Positions 1-8,596 of a stretch of 32,000 bases of DNA are shown here, one piece after another (the first letter of the stretch is position 1; every line of letters begins with the position of its first letter). Made by a program: the position numbers and the translations under genes. This DNA is from Methanocaldococcus jannaschii DSM 2661 (GTDB lineage Archaea > AGJL01 > Methanococci > Methanococcales > Methanocaldococcaceae): NCBI RefSeq assembly GCF_000091665.1, contig NC_000909.1:122871-154870 (forward strand), written 5' to 3'. The notes below the pieces were generated by a model. It was not told the origin of the DNA. It saw only the letters and a program-made list of their open reading frames with translations, and searched no databases.

Positions 1-14
1 ATAGTAGTCAGGGA

Positions 15-119
15 TTATTGATATTCTTTAAAGTTAATGTATTTCTTTCCATCCTCCCATCCAATTTCTTGAAGTTTTTCTTTTATATTCTCAACATCTA
101 AATATTCTTCTCTTATCAT
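15..119 (-). CDS. possible 34-aa ORF (MIREEYLDVENIKEKLQEIGWEDGKKYINFKEYQ), possibly an N-terminal fragment of a protein encoded left of the window
   Basis: Manual translation of the reverse complement; not in ORF track; downstream sequence outside window. Confidence 0.25.
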   Translation of the reverse strand: MIREEYLDVENIKEKLQEIGWEDGKKYINFKEYQ

Positions 120-156
120 AATAATCCCCACATTAGAATAATCAAAGAATCAATAT

Positions 157-507
157 TTATTTTTCTTCAAGGTCTTTTATAATCTTTTCAAACTCTTTCT
201 TTATCTCTGGAATTTCATATTTTGCAGTTTCCCAAACTGTTAAATAATCTACACCAAAATATTGGTGGATTAATTTATCCCTCATTCCAGCCAATTCTTT
301 AAATGGGATGTGTGGATATTTTTCTCTAATATCCTTTGGTATCTTTTTAACTGCCTCTCCAATAACTTCTAAGCATCTAATAACTGCGTATTTTATTGCT
401 TTATTGTTTATAAACTCCTCATAATCCATATCTTTAGTGAAGTTAATTATATCATCCATGTAGGATAAAATATCATATAAAAATGCCTTTATATCTCTCT
501 TCGGCAT
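157..507 (-). CDS. hepT: HepT-like HEPN toxin
   Basis: ORF 116 aa; DUF86/HepT-like sequence with RX4HXY motif (R-DKLI-H-Q-Y). Confidence 0.9.
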   Translation of the reverse strand: MPKRDIKAFLYDILSYMDDIINFTKDMDYEEFINNKAIKYAVIRCLEVIGEAVKKIPKDIREKYPHIPFKELAGMRDKLIHQYFGVDYLTVWETAKYEIPEIKKEFEKIIKDLEEK

Positions 508-517
508 TTAACCACCA

Positions 518-826
518 TTAAATATAAATTAAATCTTCTTCAATGGATTTTTTTACATAAGGGTTGTGAATAGAGTTTTTTGTAATTAAATCAACTTTAA
601 TTTCCAATAAATCTGATAGATAATTCTCCAACTCTATCAATTTTAATAAACTTATTGGCTCATAGTAGTCAATTAATATGTCTATGTCTGAGGTTTCAGT
701 TTGTTCATTTCTTGCATAAGAGCCAAATATGGCTATAGATTTAACTTTATATTTTTCTTTTAATTCTTTTTTATGTTTCCTTAAGATTTCTTTTATTTCA
801 GATAGAGTTTTCATCCTCTCCCTCAA
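518..826 (-). CDS. mntA: MntA-like minimal nucleotidyltransferase antitoxin (start may be the internal Met at 814)
   Basis: ORF 102 aa; GSYARNEQTETSDIDI nucleotidyltransferase signature (GS...DxD). Confidence 0.9.
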   Translation of the reverse strand: MRERMKTLSEIKEILRKHKKELKEKYKVKSIAIFGSYARNEQTETSDIDILIDYYEPISLLKLIELENYLSDLLEIKVDLITKNSIHNPYVKKSIEEDLIYI

Positions 827-1163
827 TGTCTTTTATAATTTCCTCTATTTCTTTTATATCGTTTGGAACTTTATTAATTACAATATCCCAAATAATCTCA
901 TAATTTATTCCAAAATAATGATGAATTAACTTATCTCTTAACCTTGCCATGCCTTTCCACGGAACTTGTGGATATTTATTTATAAAATCTTCTGGAAGAT
1001 TTTTAACTGCCTCACCAATAACTTCTAAACTTCTAATCACTGCTTTTTGTGTCTTTTTATCTTTTAAAAACTCATCAAATGTCATATCATTTGTGAAATC
1101 GATGATATCTTTCATATTCTCTAAGATGTCATATAAAAATGCTCTAACATCTTTTTTAGGCAT
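798..1163 (-). CDS. hepT: HepT-like HEPN toxin, second copy
   Basis: ORF 121 aa; RX4HXY motif (RDKLIHHY); similar to ORF 157..507. Confidence 0.9.
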   Translation of the reverse strand: MPKKDVRAFLYDILENMKDIIDFTNDMTFDEFLKDKKTQKAVIRSLEVIGEAVKNLPEDFINKYPQVPWKGMARLRDKLIHHYFGINYEIIWDIVINKVPNDIKEIEEIIKDIEGEDENSI

Positions 1164-1173
1164 TTAATCACCA

Positions 1174-1470
1174 CTATACATAAATTAAATCCTCTTCAAT
1201 AGATTTTTTAATATAAGGATTTTTTATCGCTCCTTTAATAACTAAATCTACTTTAATTCCTAATAAATCTGATAGATAATCCTCCAACTCAAAGAATTTG
1301 AGATAGTCAGGAGTTTCATAAAATTCCACTAAAATGTCTATATCGCTTTTTTCTGTCTGTTCATTTCTTGCATAACTTCCAAATATAGCAATAGATTTGA
1401 CTTTATATTTTTCTTTGAGTATTTTTTTATGCTTTCTTAGGATATCTTTTATTTCAGAGATGGTTTTCAT
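1174..1470 (-). CDS. mntA: MntA-like minimal nucleotidyltransferase antitoxin, second copy
   Basis: ORF 98 aa; GSYARNEQTEKSDIDI; very similar to ORF 518..826. Confidence 0.9.
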   Translation of the reverse strand: MKTISEIKDILRKHKKILKEKYKVKSIAIFGSYARNEQTEKSDIDILVEFYETPDYLKFFELEDYLSDLLGIKVDLVIKGAIKNPYIKKSIEEDLIYV

Positions 1471-1615
1471 AGTTTCACCAAATTTTTATTAATAATAAAA
1501 TTTTATTTTAAGAATTTAAGTTTTTCCTTGTTTTCCAACTTTAACAATTAGAGAAAAATTTTAAATATTATGTAGTAATTAACTTAAAATAAAGTTTCTT
1601 TATATAAATGGTGCT

Positions 1616-2128
1616 ATGTTATCTTTTGTTGTTATGTCATTCTTAATTTTTGTGATAGTTATGGTTAATGAACATAAAGCTCATCTTTCAGTGATTCAAA
1701 AGATGATATTGGCAGTTGTAAATGGTAGTATTACCATTATACTATCGATAATTGTATTTTATATCTTCTACCCGCAAAATATTAGCTTATTTCTTATTAC
1801 TGCTGGGATTTTAACGGTTTTTGTATTTTTGTATGGTTTGCTTCTATTTTTATTTGGATTTACTCATAGAGAGCTGTCTTATCTATCAAAATATGATAAA
1901 TACAAATTTTTATGTAAATTCACAATTGAAATGTTTTCATCTTTAACAAATCATGCATTTTTAACAATATCCGCAATTGTTTTATACCAAATACAACATC
2001 CAAAGCCTACAATTGATTTTATAGTTATGATTGGAATGATAACAATCTCAGTAATTGTTGTTATGTTGTTATTTCTAAAAACTTACTCTATTATAATAAA
2101 ACAACTTAAAAAATTAGAAAATAATTAA
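1616..2128 (+). CDS. hypothetical multi-pass membrane protein
   Basis: ORF 170 aa with about four hydrophobic segments. Confidence 0.7.
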   Translation: MLSFVVMSFLIFVIVMVNEHKAHLSVIQKMILAVVNGSITIILSIIVFYIFYPQNISLFLITAGILTVFVFLYGLLLFLFGFTHRELSYLSKYDKYKFLCKFTIEMFSSLTNHAFLTISAIVLYQIQHPKPTIDFIVMIGMITISVIVVMLLFLKTYSIIIKQLKKLENN

Positions 2129-2235
2129 CTTACCTCCTTTTCTATCTTACTGACATTATAGTAAAAAAGAACTGCCACACTAATCATAATAATCCCAATT
2201 GCTATAACTCCAACAACAAATGGATTTAATTCCAT
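2125..2235 (-). CDS. possible 36-aa single-TM small protein (MELNPFVVGVIAIGIIMISVAVLFYYNVSKIEKEVS)
   Basis: Manual translation; below the ORF-track size limit; hydrophobic core followed by a charged tail. Confidence 0.45.
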   Translation of the reverse strand: MELNPFVVGVIAIGIIMISVAVLFYYNVSKIEKEVS

Positions 2236-2307
2236 AGTCATCAACCTCTTTTTTGTTATCATTAATTATGTTAAGTTATGGTTTTATATATTGTGGTTGA
2301 TTAAAAT

Positions 2308-3584
2308 CTAAGTTTTTACTCTAACTTTTCCAGTTAATAATAACTCCATAATTTTCTTTTTCATTCTTTGTAGTTTTTCTTTCTTTTGTTTTTTCAATTC
2401 TATGCTTTTATCTACTGAACTTAATATTTTAGCTATTTGTTTTTGCTCTTCTAAAGGAGGGAGAGGGATTTTAAAGTTTTCAAGCATAGATTTTGATAAT
2501 TCTTTAAAAGTGCTTCCCCCACTTAGATTTTCAAGTAAATTTTTTTTAAACTTTAAATAATAAGCATAAAATTCAGTATTAACCGAATCGTTATTTTTTG
2601 GAATAATCCCTTGCAACCTTGATTAAATGTAGATTCTACAGTTAAAACTGCAACATACCCAACTGGTGCTCTTGTTGATATAATAATTGAACCTTTTGGA
2701 ATTAAATTTAAGTTACACTTTTCTAATGCTATTTTTGTTACTTTTCTTTCACTACTTCCAATATAGATTTTTTCATTTAACCTGCTTAAATCCAATGGTG
2801 TTATCCAATTTATTTCTCCATTTTCCCAATATTCTGATTTTTTAGTTGATGGGGTAGTTCCCGTTTTTACTTCAAATATATCTTTAATCTCAAAAACTTC
2901 CCAATCCTCTGGAATCTCCCCAATCTCAGATTTTTTAAATCTACTATGCCCTATTCCCTTAGTTAATAATTTATGCATTAAACCCTTTTTAATCCTCTCC
3001 AATTTATTAATTGATTTCTCAATAATCTCAATACCTTCATCAATTTTAGTTAAAATTTTAGCTATTTGTTTTTGCTCTTCTAATGGAGGGAGAGGGATTT
3101 TAAAACTTTTTACTATTTGAGCATTCAAATTTTTCTGTGTTGTTTGCATTCCTAACTTAGAGTAATAATTTTTATTTTTAGCTAAAATATAATACAAAAA
3201 TTCACTTTCTAAAATATTATCTTTTGGTATTATCCCTAAAATTGCTTGATTTGTGGCTACTTCTATTTTATTTATTGCTGTTTCTCCAATACTTCCATAC
3301 ATAGCAAATAATACAGAATTTTTCGGAACTATCCACGCATTGGAATTATTTAAACCTTCTTCAGTTATTTTTATTTTTGTATTGGTTAAATATTTATTTG
3401 AATTGGTTATATCTTCAATTTTAACAAATGGAATAGTCCCATTTTTATAATATTCTTCTACACTGGTTTTTGGTGTTCCTCCTGCTTTTATTTTTTTACA
3501 AACATCCTTTAGCTCAACAATCTCCCAATCCTCTGGAATCTCTCCAATCTCTGTTTTTTTAAAATTCTCTTCTTTATAGAACAT
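2308..3584 (-). pseudogene. hsdS: type I restriction-modification specificity subunit HsdS, split by a 1-nt frameshift (ORFs 2553..3584 and 2308..2616)
   Basis: Two target-recognition halves, each ending in an [16 protein letters not shown] helix; reading frame changes within about 2595-2616 (NQGCKG / GIIPKNND). Confidence 0.85.
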
Positions 3585-3599
3585 AAAAATCCCTCCAAA

Positions 3600-3911
3600 T
3601 TAAATAATTTGAGGAGTATCATTATTTCCAGATAATTTTAAACCAAAAAGCAAACCTATCCATGACGGAACGGTTGTTTGAACTACTAAATAACTCCACT
3701 CAACAACGAAATTACTAAGTAAATTAGCAAATAAATTAACATCCGGATTTTCAAAAATTGTTGGAAAATATCCCGTATATTTCAAATATAATGCCAAAAA
3801 TGGCATTGTCCCCCAAATAAATGCAATAACTCTTCCTATTTTTGTAGTGCTAAGAAATACCCAAATCATAAATTGAATGATAAATATAGTCCAAAATATT
3901 ACACCAGGCAT
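3600..3911 (-). CDS. hypothetical membrane protein between hsdS and hsdM
   Basis: ORF 103 aa with hydrophobic segments; same strand and close spacing to flanking hsd genes. Confidence 0.6.
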   Translation of the reverse strand: MPGVIFWTIFIIQFMIWVFLSTTKIGRVIAFIWGTMPFLALYLKYTGYFPTIFENPDVNLFANLLSNFVVEWSYLVVQTTVPSWIGLLFGLKLSGNNDTPQII

Positions 3912-3937
3912 ATTTTCACCAAAAAATAAATTTTTAA

Positions 3938-5681
3938 TTAACTTCCAGCCCTTAAAATTCCCTCAACATATCCAATAACTTCATCTAAAACCTCTTTCTC
4001 CTTCTTCTCAATCTCCTTAAACTCCTCTAACTCCTTCCTTAAATCAATATCCTCCTTCTCCTCAACTGGAAAGACATACAAGCTAACATTCAGATTATAA
4101 TCATTCTTTCTAATCTCCTCTAAATCAACAACTCTGCTAAACCCTTCAATATCCTCCCAATTCTCATAGACATCAACAATCTTATCAATATTCTCCTCCC
4201 CCAATCTATTCAATCTCCTAACCTCTGGATGCTTCTCAAACTCCAAAGATGCATTTATAAATAAAATCTTCCCCTTCCTCTCCTCTGGCTTATTTTTATT
4301 TAAAATCATCACAATTCCTGGAGCTGTAACATTATAAAACAACTTCTCTGGCAATAAAATAATAGCCTCAATTAAATCCTTCTCAACAATCTCCTTCCTT
4401 ATCTTCTTCTCCTTCCCTCCTCTAAATAATGCCCCTGAATCTAAAACAATTCCCACTTTTTTCCTCGCAAAATACAACATCAATTGAACCCATGCCCAAT
4501 CTGCTGACTGCTTAGGAGGATAACCACCTCTAACAAAAGTGTTATAAATCCTCCTAACATCTGGATTTTCCTTTAAAACATCTTCATTATATCCATCCAA
4601 GTTCCATGGTGGATTGGCAATGGTATAATCAACCTCTCCAAATTTTGGGATTTTTTAAGCTATCTCCAATATAAATCTCATACTCCTCACTATCAACTCC
4701 ATGTAATATCAAATTCAACTTTGCCAAAATTGCCATAATCTCATTTCTCTCCTGCCCATAGAGATAAATCTCCCCCCCATAGTTATCTTTAACATACCTA
4801 TAAGATTCAATCAGCATAGTTCCGCTACCACAGGCAGGGTCTAAAACCTCACTATCTTTTTCAATATCCAACAAATTCACTATCAACCTAACAACCTCTA
4901 CTGGAGTATAGACCTCCCCCTCTTTACATTTTTGAGGGGCAAAGTATGACAAAATCCATTGATATGCATCACCAATAGCATCATAATCAATCTCTGAAAA
5001 GTCCATCTCATTATAAACTCTAACCAATTCCTCCAAAATATGCATGTTATCCTCATTAATAAACCCAATAAGCCCCAAAACCTCAACCAATTTAGATAAA
5101 TCTTTTAAATTATCATTAAGATTTGCTATCTTGTTTAATGCATTTGCCAACTCCATTATTGTCTCTCTACTTTTAACAATTTCATGCCAAACATACAACT
5201 TTCCTTCATCTTCATCATAGAGCGTTAAATAACTCCTATTTGCCATTAGATAAGCCTGTGTTTTAGAATATCCCTCACTAACGAATTTCTCAACTAATGC
5301 CAGATATTTATCACTAATTGCCTTATAAAATAAAAATACCAATAACACTTTGTAATCAACACTCGTTCTAATTAAATCTGCACAATATTTTAGATTTCTT
5401 ATTAAATTATCTTTTGTTGGTTTCTTTGCTGATTTAACAAATTGATATAACCTTTTTCTTTTATCCTTAGGGTCTTTCTTTGCTATAATTATTTCCTTTC
5501 TTCTTAAAATAGATAAAAGCTCTTTTGTATTCTCTGCTTCAATTCCTTCTTCTTTTAAAGCTTTATCTGCCTCTTCTAAGGTAAATGGTTCATATTTAAA
5601 CTTTTTAAATAAAATACTTCCTCTTTTTTTAACCCAATTGTCTAAATCTGCAAACTCTAATAGCATTGTATCACCATACAA
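3938..5681 (-). pseudogene. hsdM: type I restriction-modification DNA methyltransferase HsdM (N6-adenine), split by a frameshift (ORFs 4629..5681 and 3938..4600)
   Basis: Motif I region (VLDPACGSGTM) in the upstream ORF; NPPW motif at the restored junction; removing one base of a 6-A run gives DSLKIPKFGEVDYTIANPPWNLDGYNEDVL. Confidence 0.9.
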
Positions 5682-5733
5682 AATTAGGTAGATAATTTTA
5701 ATTTAATCTACCTATCTCTTATATATACTTTAT

Positions 5734-6555
5734 CTACAACTCATTATAACACTTCATCAACAAAACAGCGTCATACTCCAACATAGGACTTTCACATATA
5801 ACAGTTCCAGAGGCATCAAAATCCTTCAAAGCTTTTAAAACATCTCTATAGTTAAAGTTAGATTCATTTAAAGGCAAATGTCTCCTTTCTCCTCCTTTTC
5901 CATATTCTATTCCAGATAAATGAATATGCATATCTTTTATAGCCTCTTTTCCTAAAACATTCTCAACTTTTTCAAGAATTTTATAAAAAGAGTTGTAATC
6001 GTTTATAACTCCCCTACTTCTTGCATAAATATGGGAGAAATCAATACATGGTAAAATATTCAGCTCAAAGCATAATTTTAGTGTCTCATCAATATCTCCA
6101 AATTGAGTAGTTTTTCCAGTAGTTTCAGGCCTTAGCATAACATTTAAATTTAAAGCCTCTAACTTATCCAAAATTCTCTGAATATTTGATTTTATTCTAT
6201 TGTAGGTTACTTCTTTACTTCTTTTCAAATAATATCCAGGATGAAAAACTAAATTTTTTCCACAATTATTCAAAACCTTAGCAGTTTTAATTATTCTCCT
6301 TATGCTATTCTCTACTTTTTCCTCCTCATTTGCATTAAGATTTATATAGTGAGGGGCATGGGCTGAGAAAATAATATCTTCTCCATACTCTTTCAACTTT
6401 TTAGCATAATCTTCTTTCATATAAACTCCTTTAACAAATTCCAACTCCATAGCTCCTAAATTTAATTTTCTTAAGACATCTACAGCTTTAAATTCATCCT
6501 CTGCAGATATTGGAACTCCAGCAGTGCCAAATATCAACATAATTTCCCTATTCAT
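5734..6555 (-). CDS. AP endonuclease 2 / xylose-isomerase-like TIM-barrel protein (endonuclease IV family)
   Basis: ORF 273 aa; FSAHAPHYINL, LVFHPG, LRPETTG and HIHLSG motifs. Confidence 0.75.
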   Translation of the reverse strand: MNREIMLIFGTAGVPISAEDEFKAVDVLRKLNLGAMELEFVKGVYMKEDYAKKLKEYGEDIIFSAHAPHYINLNANEEEKVENSIRRIIKTAKVLNNCGKNLVFHPGYYLKRSKEVTYNRIKSNIQRILDKLEALNLNVMLRPETTGKTTQFGDIDETLKLCFELNILPCIDFSHIYARSRGVINDYNSFYKILEKVENVLGKEAIKDMHIHLSGIEYGKGGERRHLPLNESNFNYRDVLKALKDFDASGTVICESPMLEYDAVLLMKCYNEL

Positions 6556-6570
6556 TTTCTTTCTTATCCT

Positions 6571-6758
6571 CTTTTTCTTCTTTATCTAAAGGCTTAGGGG
6601 GGACTCTTGCAACCGTTATATATCCAGCCATAGGGAAACCCTATTGGGATACCCTAACACCTCCTCGCTTACGCTCGGAGGTGTAAATTATTTTTATTCT
6701 TTCTCTTCTTCTCTATCTAAAGGCTCTGGTGGAACTCTCGCGACAGTTATGTATCCAG
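6571..6758 (-). repeat. hairpin insert (about 6628-6701) flanked by direct copies (6571-6627 and 6702-6758) of the trmI 3' coding end
   Basis: 57-nt copies about 79% identical; both encode GYITVARVPP(K/E)PLD(K/R)EE in frame. Confidence 0.85.
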
Positions 6759-7542
6759 TATGTCCAATCATCCTTGTTGATGGCCTAACACCTTTTTCAG
6801 AGATTTCAATCTCTCTCTCAATAATCTCATAGGTGTGGATATCCCAAAATCCTTCCTCTTTAAGCTTCTCTACAGTTTTTTTAACTTGCTCTATGTATGG
6901 GAGATAAGTAACTATTCTCCCCCTCTTTTTGTTTAAAGCCTTTTTTGCATTCTCTACAACATTCCAGGGGTCTGGTAAATCTAAGACAATAACATCAACA
7001 TCCTTCTCATCTATCTTCTCCCTAACATCTCCAATTTTTTGTATGACATTGAATAATCCATCTTCAATTTCAATCTCATCCTCATCATCAAACTCTTCAT
7101 CTAAACCAATAATTTTTTGCCCTTTTTTAATAGCTCCAACTCTCAACAGATTTTTCCTTGCAACTTTGGCAAATTCTGGCCTTATATCATAAGTAATAAC
7201 TTTCCCTGTCTTACCAACAGCATTTGATAGATACATAGTTAAAGCTCCAGAGCCAGTTCCAGCTTCAACTACTGTCTCTCCCTCTCTAATTCCAGCTCTT
7301 GCTATAATAAACCCAATATCTTTTGGTAATAGGGTTGTTACTGTCCTCTTCATTCTCTTTAAGATATCAAACATTGTAGGTTCAACCAAATAGAAAGTAT
7401 GTCCTTTGTGGGATTTTAACTCAACTCCTTCCTCAATATCCTTCATATCTACAATTCCCAAATCTGTTCCAAACTTCTCAACATTCTTTTTTAACAAATA
7501 TCTCTTCCCTCTCTCATCCACTAACAATTTATAAGCAAACAT
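6694..7542 (-). CDS. trmI: tRNA (adenine-58-N1) methyltransferase TrmI-like
   Basis: ORF 282 aa; GxGxGALT SAM-binding motif (VVEAGTGSGALTMYL), LDLPDPW motif. Confidence 0.85.
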   Translation of the reverse strand: MFAYKLLVDERGKRYLLKKNVEKFGTDLGIVDMKDIEEGVELKSHKGHTFYLVEPTMFDILKRMKRTVTTLLPKDIGFIIARAGIREGETVVEAGTGSGALTMYLSNAVGKTGKVITYDIRPEFAKVARKNLLRVGAIKKGQKIIGLDEEFDDEDEIEIEDGLFNVIQKIGDVREKIDEKDVDVIVLDLPDPWNVVENAKKALNKKRGRIVTYLPYIEQVKKTVEKLKEEGFWDIHTYEIIEREIEISEKGVRPSTRMIGHTGYITVARVPPEPLDREEEKE

Positions 7543-7546
7543 AATA

Positions 7547-8239
7547 TCACTCTATAATTAGCTTTGTCTGTTTTGATTTATCCAATATCCTTTTACATGT
7601 TTTCCAGTGAGTTCTTGCAATATCAGGAAGTTTTTTATGCTTTTTAAAGTAATCTTCAAGAAACTTTATAGTTTTTGGGTCTGATGGATAACCGCTCCCA
7701 ATATCTCCATAAATTTTTTTGTAGTAGTCTATTATCTCATCCCGTTCTGCCTTTGCTATTATTGAGGCAGCTGAAACAACAGGATACTTAGCATCTGCCT
7801 TATGTTCAGCTATAATTTTTATGTTTAAATTTCTTTCTTTAATTATATCCTCTATCTTATCTTTAAAACTATCCTCAAATTTTTTAGTGTTTGTACTGCA
7901 TGCATCAATATAAATTTCAATTTCATCATCCCTTATATTCAACTTTTCTATCAAATTTTTAGCAACCTTGGAAAAGGCGTTAATTTCAATATCATTTAAG
8001 TTTATTGAGTTCATTAATTGGTTTATTTCCTCTGCTTCTAAGATACGTTTTTCTACATAACCCAAATTTTCAAGTAACTTTTTTAGATAAGCCCTTTTAT
8101 TTTTAGTTAGCTCCTTACTATCTTTAACTCCCAATTTCTTTAATTCCTCTTCTCTCTCTTTTTCAATTGCAAAAGCACAAACAACCATTGGACCCAAAAC
8201 AGGCCCTCTTCCAGCTTCATCAATACCAATAATTATCAT
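7547..8239 (-). CDS. rnhB: ribonuclease HII
   Basis: ORF 230 aa; GIDEAGRGPVLGPMV and DSKELTK motifs. Confidence 0.97.
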   Translation of the reverse strand: MIIIGIDEAGRGPVLGPMVVCAFAIEKEREEELKKLGVKDSKELTKNKRAYLKKLLENLGYVEKRILEAEEINQLMNSINLNDIEINAFSKVAKNLIEKLNIRDDEIEIYIDACSTNTKKFEDSFKDKIEDIIKERNLNIKIIAEHKADAKYPVVSAASIIAKAERDEIIDYYKKIYGDIGSGYPSDPKTIKFLEDYFKKHKKLPDIARTHWKTCKRILDKSKQTKLIIE

Positions 8240-8289
8240 AATTGCACCTCTTTTTTAAAACGAAATCTAAAAGTATTACATAGCTAAAT

Positions 8290-8372
8290 TGGACATTAAT
8301 TGGGGCTGAAAGCCCCAACTTAATGGACGTCGGGTATCCCAATAGGGCGGAGCCCTATGGATAGGAAATGCA
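8290..8372. repeat. dispersed hairpin modules: 8290-8321 is a perfect reverse-complement match to 20804-20835; 8333-8361 matches the module in the 6628 and 12173 inserts
   Basis: TTGGGGCTGAAAGCCCCAA hairpin and GGGTATCCCAATAGGG..CCCTAT hairpin read directly. Confidence 0.8.
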
Positions 8373-8473
8373 TTTCTGCTCATAAGTTTATCTCTATATA
8401 ATAATTTCTACTTAGTTTAAGCAGTAAGCATTTTATATGCTTTTTTAAAGAATATTAAAATACTACAAAAACC

Positions 8474-8582
8474 TATAGTTTTTTGCAAAAGTCATTAAAA
8501 TTCATAATGAAAATTTGAACGCCTTCCTTTGGAAGGCGTTCATTAATGCCTTATCCATCTTAAATATTTGCAAAAAACTATA
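8474..8582. repeat. 109-bp palindromic unit: 16-bp outer arms (tatagttttttgcaaa / tttgcaaaaaactata) and centred hairpin gaacgccttcc-ttt-ggaaggcgttc
   Basis: Direct reading; hairpin centre coincides with the midpoint of the arms. Confidence 0.8.
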
Positions 8583-8596
8583 ATTAGGTGAAATAA

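Noticed and set aside
949-1167. Plus-strand ORF opposite hepT, and similar shadows at 729, 3253, 4898, 6644, 6929, 8584, 8830, 14715, 15054, 17426-18411, 18804, 19380, 23312, 23577, 24004
   Set aside because: All antisense to strongly supported genes.
6628-6701. Interpreting the trmI 3' hairpins simply as transcription terminators
   Set aside because: Terminators would not explain the flanking in-frame duplication of C-terminal codons or the sharing of modules with an intergenic locus between divergent genes.
8474-8582. Classifying the three palindromes as one TIR-defined MITE family
   Set aside because: Outer 16-bp arms are unrelated in sequence between copies; only the geometry is shared, so reported as a structural class instead.
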